From contig JAEOUG010000063.1 in assembly GCA_016839445.1 (NCBI GenBank), positions 1 through 35,359 on the forward strand: 35,359 bases of DNA, written 5' to 3'. Below are positions 26,661 through 35,359 of this stretch, one piece after another. The DNA comes from Candidatus Thorarchaeota archaeon (lineage in GTDB: Archaea; Asgardarchaeota; Thorarchaeia; Thorarchaeales; Thorarchaeaceae). Position 1 is the stretch's first letter; each line of letters starts with the position of its first letter. The notes under the pieces were generated by a model. That model had not been told where the DNA came from. It searched no databases and worked only from the letters and a program-made list of their open reading frames with translations. The position numbers and the translations under genes are program-made.

Positions 26661-28049
26661 CTATGCCATTCGCTTTGGATCTAGGATTACATCAAGGTCT
26701 CCATCGACCTCAATGCCTCGTTCGGCCACAATCTCCTTGATTGTCTTCCCTTTAGAGTACGCTTCCTTGGCAATCTCAGCAGCCTTGTCATACCCGATGT
26801 AGGGAGTCAGCCGTGTGGCAACCATGAGACTTCGCTCCAGAGCCAGGTTGATTCTCTCGAGATCAGGCTCTATGCCTGAGAGGCAAAACTTGACGAAGGA
26901 GGTGATGCCGCCGGAGAGGATTGAGATTGATTCCAGGATGCTCGTTATCATCAGTGGTTTGCACACATTTAGGTCGAGGACGCTTCCGAAGCCCTCCGCA
27001 GCTTCGATTGTCATGTCATTGCCCATGACTCTGAGGCATACCTGAATGAGTGCCTCTGACTGAGTGGGATTCACCTTCCCGGGCATCAACGAGGAGCCTG
27101 GCTCGTTCTGGGGCAAGATGAGATCTCCGAGGCCTGCTCGGGGACCACTACCCATCCAACGGACGTCGTTAGCCATCTTCAGGCAAGCCAAGGCAAGTCT
27201 TCGCAATACTCCGCTCAGGCGCACGACAGCTGAGTGCGACGCAATCCCCTCCGCCTTGACGGGATTCTCTGCCAGGTCAAACCCGGTTATCCTTCCGAGA
27301 TGCTTCACAGCTCGCTCCGCGAACCCTTTTGGGGCATTCACTCCAGTGCCAAGAGCTGTTCCTCCAAGAGGAATGACCAGTAGCTGCTCCATGGCAGGTC
27401 GGAGCTCCTGAAGGACCTCCTCGACTTGCGCTCTGTAGACCCTGAACTCCGTGCTGAGGCCTATGGGAACCGCGTCCTGCAAATGAGTGCGGCCAACCTT
27501 GACAATGCCTTCGAACTCCTTCGCCTTGTCTGCTAGAGTCGACTCAAGGAGTCCGAGCGCAGGAAGCAAGTCGCTCCTGAGGGCCTTCAGTGTGGACAAA
27601 TGCATAGCTGTGGGGATGGTATCGTTTGAAGACTGCCCAAGGTTGACATGATCATTGGGATGAACTGGAAACTTCTTGCCTCTGGGTTGGTCAAGAATCT
27701 CGTTGGATCTATTCGCAATGACCTCGTTCATTGTCATGTTAGTAGACGTTCCTGAGCCAGTCTGGTATACATCAACTGGAAACTGGTCAAGCATGAGCTT
27801 CTTCTCAAGGAGTTCATCAAGAGCCTGCATCATCGCCGTGCCCAGCTTCTTGTCGATGGCTCCAGCTTCTAGATGGGCTATGAGACACGCCTTCTTCACC
27901 TGCGCCAACGAGAGAATGAAGTCACGAGGCATTCGTTGCCCGCTGATGTTGAAGTTCTCTATGGCTCTCTGTGTGTGAATTCCCCAGTAGGCATCAGCGG
28001 GAACGTCGAGGTCGCCGATGATGTCTGTCTCTCTTCTGATTGTATTCAG
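26661..28049 (-). CDS. fumC: Class II fumarate hydratase, CTG start
   Basis: GSGTSTNM, GRTHLQDA, GSSLMPGKVNP. The conserved N-terminus (RRETDIIGDLDVPADAYWGIHTQRAIENF) lies in frame upstream of the track start 27932, back to CTG at 28049. Confidence 0.93.
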   Translation of the reverse strand: MNTIRRETDIIGDLDVPADAYWGIHTQRAIENFNISGQRMPRDFILSLAQVKKACLIAHLEAGAIDKKLGTAMMQALDELLEKKLMLDQFPVDVYQTGSGTSTNMTMNEVIANRSNEILDQPRGKKFPVHPNDHVNLGQSSNDTIPTAMHLSTLKALRSDLLPALGLLESTLADKAKEFEGIVKVGRTHLQDAVPIGLSTEFRVYRAQVEEVLQELRPAMEQLLVIPLGGTALGTGVNAPKGFAERAVKHLGRITGFDLAENPVKAEGIASHSAVVRLSGVLRRLALACLKMANDVRWMGSGPRAGLGDLILPQNEPGSSLMPGKVNPTQSEALIQVCLRVMGNDMTIEAAEGFGSVLDLNVCKPLMITSILESISILSGGITSFVKFCLSGIEPDLERINLALERSLMVATRLTPYIGYDKAAEIAKEAYSKGKTIKEIVAERGIEVDGDLDVILDPKRMA

Positions 28050-28112
28050 CTACACCAACTCCAGACTATTCAACTCAAACGAAGGACATCCAGTATTCAA
28101 GAATCCTTTGAA

Positions 28113-28619
28113 CTAGTCGTGGCTCTCGGAGAAGACCTCTTCCGGACCCTTCACCTTGAGGAGGAGAAGCAAGCCAATCAGAAACTGGAGGGGCAGCGGA
28201 CCAAGATAGACAAGGCCTCTTCCGAAGCTAATCACAAGAGGCATGATAACAGGAGGAACCAAGCTGAGCACGCCGATGGATATCGCCGTGTTTCTGCTGG
28301 TCTTCCCTTGGTAATACCGAATGATAGACCAGAGGAAGACAAGATTCAGAGCACTCAGTATGAGCTCCTGGATCAAATATGCTGGGTTGAAGAAGAAGAA
28401 TCCAGTATAACCTGCAACCCCGTAGTGGGTGAAATCGGTGGCGTATACCCAGATGGGGGAGTAGACCATTGCGACGTAGATAGTGAATGTCAGATATGGT
28501 GCGGGAATCGGTACAAACCCGGACGGAAGAAAGAAAGTGACGAGGACCATGAAGACCGCAATGACTCCGGGGCTTGTCCCGTATAGTTCTACTTCCTGCT
28601 TCGCACGCGAGCTGGCCAA
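28113..28619 (-). CDS. Hypothetical membrane protein, paralog of 31397-31990
   Basis: Several hydrophobic segments; YSPIW, IIRYYQGKTSR, GPLPLQFLIGL. Confidence 0.8.
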   Translation of the reverse strand: MASSRAKQEVELYGTSPGVIAVFMVLVTFFLPSGFVPIPAPYLTFTIYVAMVYSPIWVYATDFTHYGVAGYTGFFFFNPAYLIQELILSALNLVFLWSIIRYYQGKTSRNTAISIGVLSLVPPVIMPLVISFGRGLVYLGPLPLQFLIGLLLLLKVKGPEEVFSESHD

Positions 28620-28721
28620 TTGACCACCCTATCTCTGGACGGAGAGCCAATCTGATAAGCTCTCCGCAAGTCTGATGGCGGTACTGGCCAGACCGGAATA
28701 GACCATGTTAGTATTGGACTC

Positions 28722-29591
28722 TTACAGGGACATCTCATCGATTGTCTTCTGCAATGCCTTCAGGTCCGTCCTGTGTTTGACCAGATTCGTTTCGGAGGGC
28801 AAAGGAAGACCGGATGCGAGATCGGGCTTCTCAAGCTCGAGGAAGACGCCAATTGGATAGCGGTCACCGTTCTCAAGAGCCTTCCCCAGCGCCTCCATTC
28901 GGTCACTGACATTGTGATCATTGTCCTGTAGGGAGTAGGTGTGTTCGTTGTAGAACTTCCAAGTGAGGACTCGATTCCAGGTAACACATGGTTGCAGGAT
29001 GTCAATGACTGCGAACCCCTTGTGGCGGATGGCCTTCTTCATCAGCTCAACCAGGAGTCCCTGGTCACCTGAGAATCCTCTCGCGACGAATGACGCCCCG
29101 GCCACTATGGCCTGAGCTGTCGGGTTGACCGGATCCATTGGTGAGCCCGGCGGAGGAGGTGATGTCTTGGACATATAACCTCGAGGAGCTGCAGGTGAGA
29201 ACTGCCCCTTCGTCAATCCGTTGACACCGTTGTTGTGAATCATGACAGCAAGATTGACGTTTCGCCTTGCGGCATGTACGAAGTGGCCGAGACCCTCACC
29301 CAGGCAGTCACCATCGCCTGTGTGAACAATGACCTTGAGCTCTGGATTCGCGAGGTGAATCCCTGTTGCCACAGGGATGGGTCGCCCATGCAGCGTGTGG
29401 AAGCTGTTCAGACCGCCGATGTAGTGAGGTATCTTCCCAGAGCATCCAATCCCAGAAGATATCACGGTCTCGCGTAGGGGATAGTCGAGCTCGATAATCG
29501 CCTTCTTGAGCGCAGCCAGTATTCCGAAGTTGCCACAGCCTGTACACCAGGTGACCTTCTGAGGTCCTTCTAGCTGTTCTTCAGTGATCAT
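28722..29591 (-). CDS. korB: 2-oxoacid:ferredoxin oxidoreductase beta subunit
   Basis: WCTGCGNF, SGIGCSG, LHGRPIP, GDGD, NNG..GLTKGQ, LQPCVT; ATG 29591 overlaps the korA stop (ATGA). Confidence 0.92.
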   Translation of the reverse strand: MITEEQLEGPQKVTWCTGCGNFGILAALKKAIIELDYPLRETVISSGIGCSGKIPHYIGGLNSFHTLHGRPIPVATGIHLANPELKVIVHTGDGDCLGEGLGHFVHAARRNVNLAVMIHNNGVNGLTKGQFSPAAPRGYMSKTSPPPPGSPMDPVNPTAQAIVAGASFVARGFSGDQGLLVELMKKAIRHKGFAVIDILQPCVTWNRVLTWKFYNEHTYSLQDNDHNVSDRMEALGKALENGDRYPIGVFLELEKPDLASGLPLPSETNLVKHRTDLKALQKTIDEMSL

Positions 29592-31303
29592 GCCAATCCC
29601 TCCTGTTTCAGTCTCTCGATAATCCATTTCGCAGTCAAGGGCCTCCCGTCGTACTTGTTTATTCGATGATTGACGCTAAGTCCGGTTTCCATGCGGACGA
29701 GACTGGAGAACTGTGAAGTGGCATTCATCTCAACTGAAACAACCTTCTTCGACTTCTCGAACGTCTTTCTCAGAAGGTCAGTCCTCAAAGGCAGGACATC
29801 GCAGAAGTGGAGCTGGTTGAAGGACTTCCCTCCCTCATTGAGTAAGTTCACTGCTTCATTGACTGCACCCCAGGATGAACCCCATGTGAGGAGTGTGACC
29901 TCCGCGTTCTCAGGTCCGTAGATTCGTGGGGGCTGGAGGTGTTCAAGAATCAGTGGGATCTTTGCCATGAACTTGCCCACCATTGCATTGCGCACAGAGG
30001 CATCCTCAGTGATGTGCCCATCCTCCCTGTGTACATTCCCCGATGAAACGACTGTCCGGCCCCCGCCTGGAAAGGCACGTGGGGATATGCCGTCCTCAGT
30101 GAGCAGGTACCTCTTGTACTCAGGGTCAGAACCCTCTTCCAGAACCCTACCCCGATCAATCCTCACTCCCGTAATGTCAGGACGAGGGATGTTCTTCACT
30201 GAATCTGCCAGGTACTGGTCGCCGAGAATCATGACCGGAATCTGGAACTTGTCGGCCAGATTGAATGCTCTCACAGCAACGTCCAGGGCTTCCTCCGGGT
30301 CCTTTGGGGCGAGCATGATCCTCGGAAACTCGCCCTGGCTTGAGAAGGCCATGAATAGCAGGTCTGCCTGCTCAGTCCGAGTGGGGAGTCCAGTGCTCGG
30401 TCCGGGTCGCTGGGCGTTGTAGATGACCACAGGGGTCTCGGCCATGGCGGCAAGTCCAACGGCCTCCACCATCAGTGCGAAGCCGCCGCCAGACGTGGTG
30501 ACCATGGACCTTGCTCCTGCATAGGATGCACCAATTGCCATGCATATAGCAGCAATCTCATCCTCGGCCTGAAGGAAACCAATCTTGAGATCATTGGCGT
30601 TGTCCACAATATCCTGGAAGACAGAAGTCGAGGGGCTCATAGGATATGCTGAAATCCACTTGAGGTTCGCAGCCATAGCCCCCAGAGCGAGGGCTCTGTT
30701 TCCTGTCACCAAGAAGTCGTCTTTGCACGGACCTTCAGTCAATCCCGCGAGATTCTGGGTGCACTTCCCAGAGAACTTCTCCTGAGTCATCTTGTATAAC
30801 GCCGCGGCGACTGCGACATTGCCGGACACCACTTTCTCTCCCTTCCTGCCAAAGATGCTCGCGAGCGTGGACTCTGCAAGCTCGAACGGGAACTGCATCA
30901 CAGAGAGTATTGCACCGAGGGCGGCTGCATTCATCATTCGTGCATTTCCGCCGACTTTCTTGGCCGTCTTCTCCAGAGGCGCAGGATAGTGACAGGATTC
31001 CAGGCCCTCGAACTCAATCGAGTCGTCAAAGATAATCACACCATTCTCCTTGAGCTGCCCTCTCGGGCCCACAATCGCGTCTCTCGTGAGTGCAACAATG
31101 AGATCAATCTCGCTCACGGGAGCAACGATGGGTTTGTCGCTCACACGAATCTGAGTGAAGTTGTACCCGCCACGTATCCGAGACTCGAAGTCCTTGATGG
31201 TGAATGTGTAGAAGCCAGCCTTGACGAAGACTTGGGTCAGCAGGTCACCGATGGTGTCAATGCCCTGCCCAGCTTCGCCGCCTATGTTGAACGTGATATC
31301 CAA
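29588..31303 (-). CDS. korA: 2-oxoacid:ferredoxin oxidoreductase alpha subunit (gamma-alpha fusion)
   Basis: IGGEAGQGI, ESRIRGG, YPMSPST, QAEDEIAA, TSGGGFALM, QRPGPSTGLPT, WGSS. Confidence 0.93.
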   Translation of the reverse strand: MDITFNIGGEAGQGIDTIGDLLTQVFVKAGFYTFTIKDFESRIRGGYNFTQIRVSDKPIVAPVSEIDLIVALTRDAIVGPRGQLKENGVIIFDDSIEFEGLESCHYPAPLEKTAKKVGGNARMMNAAALGAILSVMQFPFELAESTLASIFGRKGEKVVSGNVAVAAALYKMTQEKFSGKCTQNLAGLTEGPCKDDFLVTGNRALALGAMAANLKWISAYPMSPSTSVFQDIVDNANDLKIGFLQAEDEIAAICMAIGASYAGARSMVTTSGGGFALMVEAVGLAAMAETPVVIYNAQRPGPSTGLPTRTEQADLLFMAFSSQGEFPRIMLAPKDPEEALDVAVRAFNLADKFQIPVMILGDQYLADSVKNIPRPDITGVRIDRGRVLEEGSDPEYKRYLLTEDGISPRAFPGGGRTVVSSGNVHREDGHITEDASVRNAMVGKFMAKIPLILEHLQPPRIYGPENAEVTLLTWGSSWGAVNEAVNLLNEGGKSFNQLHFCDVLPLRTDLLRKTFEKSKKVVSVEMNATSQFSSLVRMETGLSVNHRINKYDGRPLTAKWIIERLKQEGLA

Positions 31304-31396
31304 TGTCTTGACCTTCTCTCTCTAGCGCTGTAAACACATGGTCTGGCAGATGCCCTTTATGTGCTTTGTTGGGGAAGCCACCATGTTGAGGAGCCG

Positions 31397-31990
31397 TCAC
31401 TCTTCAAGCCAGTCGTCTTCGTCTTCAAGTTCCTCTTCTGAGGTGGAATCTGGTTCCGGAGAGGGATACTTGTGCCTTGGACGCTCCCACCAGTTCTGCC
31501 TCTGAAGCTGCCCCTCCCAGGGGGTCCTCAGTTCGGGCCCCTCAATACGGTAGAGAACGATGAGACCAATGATGAACTGGATAGGAACAGGACCATTGAA
31601 CACAGTGAGCAGCTCTAGATTCAGGGTCGAGAGTGCCACAATCAGTGGAAAGACGACAGAGACTGCGCCAACTGAAATGGCATTGTACCTTGTTGTCTTT
31701 CCCTGGTAGTATCTGATGATCCATGCCAGGAAGAAGAGATTCGGTATTGCCAGCACGAGACTTCCGAACGTGAATGTGGGATTAAGCACGTAGAGCCCAG
31801 GGGGCCAGGAGTAGAACCAGATCCAAATAGGCGCGTAGAGTCCCGGTAGAATGAATATCCCAAAGGAGAAGAATTCCGTGTGGTAAGACGCAAAGGGAGA
31901 GAGAAGCGTGACGATTCCCATCAGGAACCCTATGATGCATGGACTTACGCCGTACATGTCAAGATACTCGTCGTCCTTCCGACTAGACAC
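31397..31990 (-). CDS. Hypothetical membrane protein with acidic C-tail, paralog of 28113-28619
   Basis: YAPIW, IIRYYQGKTTR, GPVPIQFIIGL, GPE; tail EEELEDEDDWLEE. Confidence 0.8.
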   Translation of the reverse strand: MSSRKDDEYLDMYGVSPCIIGFLMGIVTLLSPFASYHTEFFSFGIFILPGLYAPIWIWFYSWPPGLYVLNPTFTFGSLVLAIPNLFFLAWIIRYYQGKTTRYNAISVGAVSVVFPLIVALSTLNLELLTVFNGPVPIQFIIGLIVLYRIEGPELRTPWEGQLQRQNWWERPRHKYPSPEPDSTSEEELEDEDDWLEE

Positions 31991-32126
31991 TGCCTACCCT
32001 CAGGTTGACTTCCAAACCCCAAGTAAGATAAAGCGTTCGACGGAGGGATGCCTGTACCAGCGCCCTACGAGCGTTTGCACTCCAAGACCCGAGACTGATT
32101 CCGCATCCGGCGTCCGTGTGGCAAGC

Positions 32127-32188
32127 TTTAAATGTTAAGTCCATGCACAGTTTTCTCAGAAGTGCATGCATAGTGCATGTACAGTTTT
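32127..32188 (+). promoter_or_regulatory. Thermosome promoter: TATA box and downstream operator-like repeats
   Basis: TTTAAAT at 32127-32133; CATGCAC-N13-GTGCATG at 32142-32168; direct repeat CATGYACAGTTTT at 32142 and 32176. Confidence 0.5.
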
Positions 32189-32262
32189 AGTAAACGAATG
32201 ATAGGGTACTGTGGGTCAGAATCCCACACGCACCATTCATGAGAAGACTAGGAGATTGAGAA

Positions 32263-33915
32263 ATGGCACAACTCTCTGGTACGCCCGTCCTCATACTGAA
32301 GGAGGGCACATCAAGAACACGCGGTAAGTCAGCCCAGGCCAACAACATAATGGCCGGGATTGTGATTTCCGATGCGGTCAAGTCAACATTAGGGCCACGT
32401 GGCATGGATAAGATGCTAGTGGACAGCCTCGGTGACGTGACCATTACGAACGATGGCGCATCAATCCTGAAAGAGATCGATGTCCAGCACCCCGCAGCAA
32501 AGATGCTTGTGGAGGTGGCGAAGAGCCAGGACCAGGAAACCGGTGACGGCACAACAACCTCTGTGGTCATTGCCGGTGAACTGCTCAAGCGCGCTCAGGA
32601 CCTGCTAGAGAAGAAGATACACCCCACTCAGATTGTAGGCGGTTATCAGAAGGCAGCTGAGAAGGCCTCCGAGATTCTCAAGGAGATGTCCGTGCCTATG
32701 GAGGGCATGGACAAGAAGATCCTGATGGGAATCGCACAGACCTCGATGAACAGCAAGTCCATCATGGGAGCCAAGGACCACTTCGCAAAGATTGCAGTGA
32801 ATGCAGTCCTGCAGGTGGCAGAGGCCACTGACGGACACAAGGCAGACATCGACATGATCGAGATCATCAAGAAGCAAGGCAAGAGCCTCGGAGAGACCGA
32901 GCTTGTCAACGGAATGGTCATCGACAAGGAGATTGTACACGCCTCGATGCCCCGCAAGGTCGAGAAGGCCAAGATTGCTCTGGTCAACGCAGCCATTGAG
33001 GTTGAGAAGACTGAGTTTGACGCCGAGATCAAGATTGACAGGCCAGACCAGCTACAAGCATTCCTCGATGAAGAGGAGCGCATGCTCAAGAGCATGGTCG
33101 AGAAGGTCGTTGCCACTGGCGCGAACGTTCTCGTCTGCCAGAAGGGCATTGACGATGTGGCTCAGCACTATCTGGCCAAGGCAGGCATCATGGCTGTCCG
33201 AAGGGCGAAGAAGAGCACCATTGAGAAGCTTGCAAAGGCCACGGGTGCCAGTATCGCCACAAGTCTGGATGAGCTTGACGCATCCTCACTCGGCTCTGCA
33301 GGTATCGTGGAAGAGGTCAAGATTGGCGACGACAAGCTTGTCTACGTCAAGGACTGCAAGGATCCCAAGGCGGTTTCGATCGTCATTCGCGGAGGCACTG
33401 AGCACGTTGTTGACGAGGCTGACAGAGCACTCCACGATGCGCTCTGCGTTGTCAGGAACGTCGTTGAGGACCAGATCTACGTAGCTGGTGGCGGCGCCAC
33501 TGAGGCTGAGATTGCCAACAAGCTTGAAGTCTACGCCAACAAGGTGAAGGGCAGAGAGCAGCTTGCCATCGAGGCATTCGCAGAGGCGCTACGCATTGTC
33601 CCCAAGACACTGGCAGAGAACGGTGGTCATGACCCCATCGACATCATTGCCGACCTGAACAAGGAGCACTCAAAGGAGGGCGGCCTCTGGTACGGCGTGG
33701 ATGTCATGAAGGGCAAGACCGCAGACATGATGAAAGAGGGAGTCATTGAACCCTCTCGTGTCAAGAGCCAGGCAATCAGATCGGCCGCAGAGGCCGCTCA
33801 GATGATACTGCGCATAGACGACGTCATCGCTGCAAAGGCAACCGCACCCCCAGCAGCCCCACCGGGCGGAATGGGTGGCATGGGTGGCATGGGCGGAATG
33901 CCCGGCATGATGTAG
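32263..33915 (+). CDS. ths: Thermosome subunit (group II chaperonin)
   Basis: [43 protein letters not shown]; GGM-repeat tail. Confidence 0.97.
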   Translation: MAQLSGTPVLILKEGTSRTRGKSAQANNIMAGIVISDAVKSTLGPRGMDKMLVDSLGDVTITNDGASILKEIDVQHPAAKMLVEVAKSQDQETGDGTTTSVVIAGELLKRAQDLLEKKIHPTQIVGGYQKAAEKASEILKEMSVPMEGMDKKILMGIAQTSMNSKSIMGAKDHFAKIAVNAVLQVAEATDGHKADIDMIEIIKKQGKSLGETELVNGMVIDKEIVHASMPRKVEKAKIALVNAAIEVEKTEFDAEIKIDRPDQLQAFLDEEERMLKSMVEKVVATGANVLVCQKGIDDVAQHYLAKAGIMAVRRAKKSTIEKLAKATGASIATSLDELDASSLGSAGIVEEVKIGDDKLVYVKDCKDPKAVSIVIRGGTEHVVDEADRALHDALCVVRNVVEDQIYVAGGGATEAEIANKLEVYANKVKGREQLAIEAFAEALRIVPKTLAENGGHDPIDIIADLNKEHSKEGGLWYGVDVMKGKTADMMKEGVIEPSRVKSQAIRSAAEAAQMILRIDDVIAAKATAPPAAPPGGMGGMGGMGGMPGMM

Positions 33916-33937
33916 AGCCATAGGAACACATGAAGAT

Positions 33938-33969
33938 AGGAGCCTTCGGGCTCCTCTCCGATTTCTTTT
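33938..33969 (+). terminator. C(UUCG)G hairpin with U-rich tail after the thermosome gene
   Basis: AGGAGCC-TTCG-GGCTCCT followed by ATTTCTTTT. Confidence 0.65.
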
Positions 33970-33984
33970 ACGTGAGGCATTGCT

Positions 33985-34857
33985 TTGACCTACAGAGTAC
34001 TGATAGTCGGAATGAACCCGTTTGACTCAGGCAAGACTGAACTATCCGTGCTCTTGGTTCGAGCGCTCACCCAAGCTGGACACTCAGTGGAGTACTTCAA
34101 ACCCGTGAGTGGACACAACTACTGGCTTCAGCACGAGCACACAAGGAGATGCCTTGAACAGGGCATGCTCCTCTCGAGGGATGCCGCTCGAGTGAGAGAG
34201 GAATTCAAGCCACGCACGAACGCACTTCTGAGTAACCCTATTCATACACTCTATGTGCCTGCCAGGACAAGTAAGCCTCTGAAGGCTCCTGCAAACACTC
34301 TTGCACTTGCAGGATGGAGCTCTGTCCTGGTGATGCAGCGCTTCTCAAGGCCCATGAGCGGAAAAGTCGATTCAACCATGCTTGTTGCAGAGAGGCTTGT
34401 CGAGGAAGAAGACGTCATCTTGACGTACGAAGACCTAGGGCGATTGTCACATGATACAAGTGTAATCGAGGTAGACAGCCTGGAGAGTGTTCAGACATAC
34501 GAGAAAGAGCACTTCGAGACAACTGTCAAGGAGTCATTCAGAGAGGTGGAGAAGCAGGCCGATGCTGTGATCATCGAGGGATTCAACGACTCGGCATGGC
34601 CATTCGACCAATTAGATAGTGTGGACTCGGTCTTGGTGACTGGCCCAGGACACGTCTACGCCTATGATCCTGAGAAGTTCAGGAGGGCCTCATTCATGAT
34701 GAACCGAGGAGACCTTCCTATTAGAGAGGTGACCTTCAGCAGAGTCGTGGATCTTCTGCGACCAAAGCGCCTACTCCGGCTAAGGCCAGGTACCGATCTA
34801 GAAGAGAGCAACCTGAGGGAACTCGACCTCATCCTTCACACAGGAAAGAATGATTAA
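33985..34857 (+). CDS. Predicted P-loop NTPase (COG4028-like, BioD/CobQ superfamily)
   Basis: LIVGMNPFDSGKT, YFKPVSGHNYW, VIIEGFND. Confidence 0.75.
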   Translation: MTYRVLIVGMNPFDSGKTELSVLLVRALTQAGHSVEYFKPVSGHNYWLQHEHTRRCLEQGMLLSRDAARVREEFKPRTNALLSNPIHTLYVPARTSKPLKAPANTLALAGWSSVLVMQRFSRPMSGKVDSTMLVAERLVEEEDVILTYEDLGRLSHDTSVIEVDSLESVQTYEKEHFETTVKESFREVEKQADAVIIEGFNDSAWPFDQLDSVDSVLVTGPGHVYAYDPEKFRRASFMMNRGDLPIREVTFSRVVDLLRPKRLLRLRPGTDLEESNLRELDLILHTGKND

Positions 34858-34899
34858 GAGAGAGAAGAGAAAGACATCGACAACACGGGAGCGAAAGAC

Positions 34900-35359
34900 G
34901 TGACAGAAGACTTGGACTGGGAACTCGTTATCATCGGCGGGGGACCTGCAGGAATGACCGCCGCCATCTACGCGGCAAGGTATGGACTCAAGACGTTGCT
35001 CCTCGAGTCGAAGGTTCTTGGTGGAGCGCAGGCCACGAGTCCGGGCATTGAGAACTATCCCGGTTACACATTCATTGTGGGCATAGACCTGGCGAACAAG
35101 ATGAAGGAACAGGTCAGAAAAAGCGGAGCCACAATCAAGGAGATCACTGAGGTCAAGAGCCTTACAAGAGAGGGCGACGATGGAGACTTCCTTCTGGACA
35201 CTCGACGAGGCGTTTACAGAGCCAAGGCGATTATCATCGCCACAGGCGGAGGCCATCGCCATCTTGGTATACCGGGAGAGGATGAGTTCACTGGAAGAGG
35301 TGTTTCATTCTGTGCCACATGCGATGGACCTCTCTTCCGTGACAAGACCGTGGCAGTCA
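34900..35359 (+). CDS. trxB: Thioredoxin reductase (3'-partial)
   Basis: Hand translation from GTG 34900: VIIGGGPAGMTAAIYA, IENYPG, IIATG, GRGVSFCATCDG; runs off the right edge, so it is absent from the track. Confidence 0.92.
   Translation, partial: MTEDLDWELVIIGGGPAGMTAAIYAARYGLKTLLLESKVLGGAQATSPGIENYPGYTFIVGIDLANKMKEQVRKSGATIKEITEVKSLTREGDDGDFLLDTRRGVYRAKAIIIATGGGHRHLGIPGEDEFTGRGVSFCATCDGPLFRDKTVAV

Noticed and set aside
26661-27932. N-terminally truncated fumC pseudogene, or aspartase
   Set aside because: The missing N-terminus is intact in frame from CTG 28049; GSGT and the sdh context favour fumarase.
27873-28586. 237-aa plus-strand ORF
   Set aside because: Antisense shadow of the fumC 5' end and the membrane protein gene.
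32903-33484. 193-aa Arg/Ser-rich plus-strand ORF
   Set aside because: Alternate frame inside the thermosome gene, produced by codon bias.
33865-33912. Tandem 9-bp repeats (ATGGGTGGC)
   Set aside because: They encode the ordinary GGM chaperonin tail.
1-35359. CRISPR arrays, tRNA/rRNA genes, transposases, integrases
   Set aside because: No regularly spaced repeats, cloverleaf motifs or mobile-element ORFs were recognised by eye.

Overview
Archaeal chromosomal window, most likely from an Asgard archaeon (Thorarchaeia-like). This is inferred from the thermosome, eS17, MptA/FolE2, ATP-dependent ligase, TATA-type promoters and membrane proteins with longin-like tails. The left half (1-18.4 kb) is a cell-surface island. 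It contains a >1041-aa secreted mosaic protein that runs off the left edge and is absent from the ORF track, a divergent serpin-like protein, an FG-GAP propeller protein, two unannotated micro-ORFs separated by RNA hairpins, and an Ig-repeat protein. It ends with two giant tandem paralogous single-pass membrane proteins that join Ig-like ectodomains to cytoplasmic longin-like domains; these are the best candidate for an undescribed signalling system. A palindromic GAAC-N4-GTTY (LexA/Cheo-box-like) motif recurs in the intergenic gaps of this island. The right half is mostly housekeeping: GTP cyclohydrolase plus a PTPS-III-type enzyme, lig, rps17e, an orphan DNA methyltransferase, sdhAB without anchor subunits, fumC with a CTG start, korAB flanked by two paralogous membrane proteins, a thermosome subunit, a P-loop NTPase and a partial trxB. 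I recognised no tRNA, rRNA, CRISPR array or transposase. All family assignments are by-eye motif recognition, not database searches.
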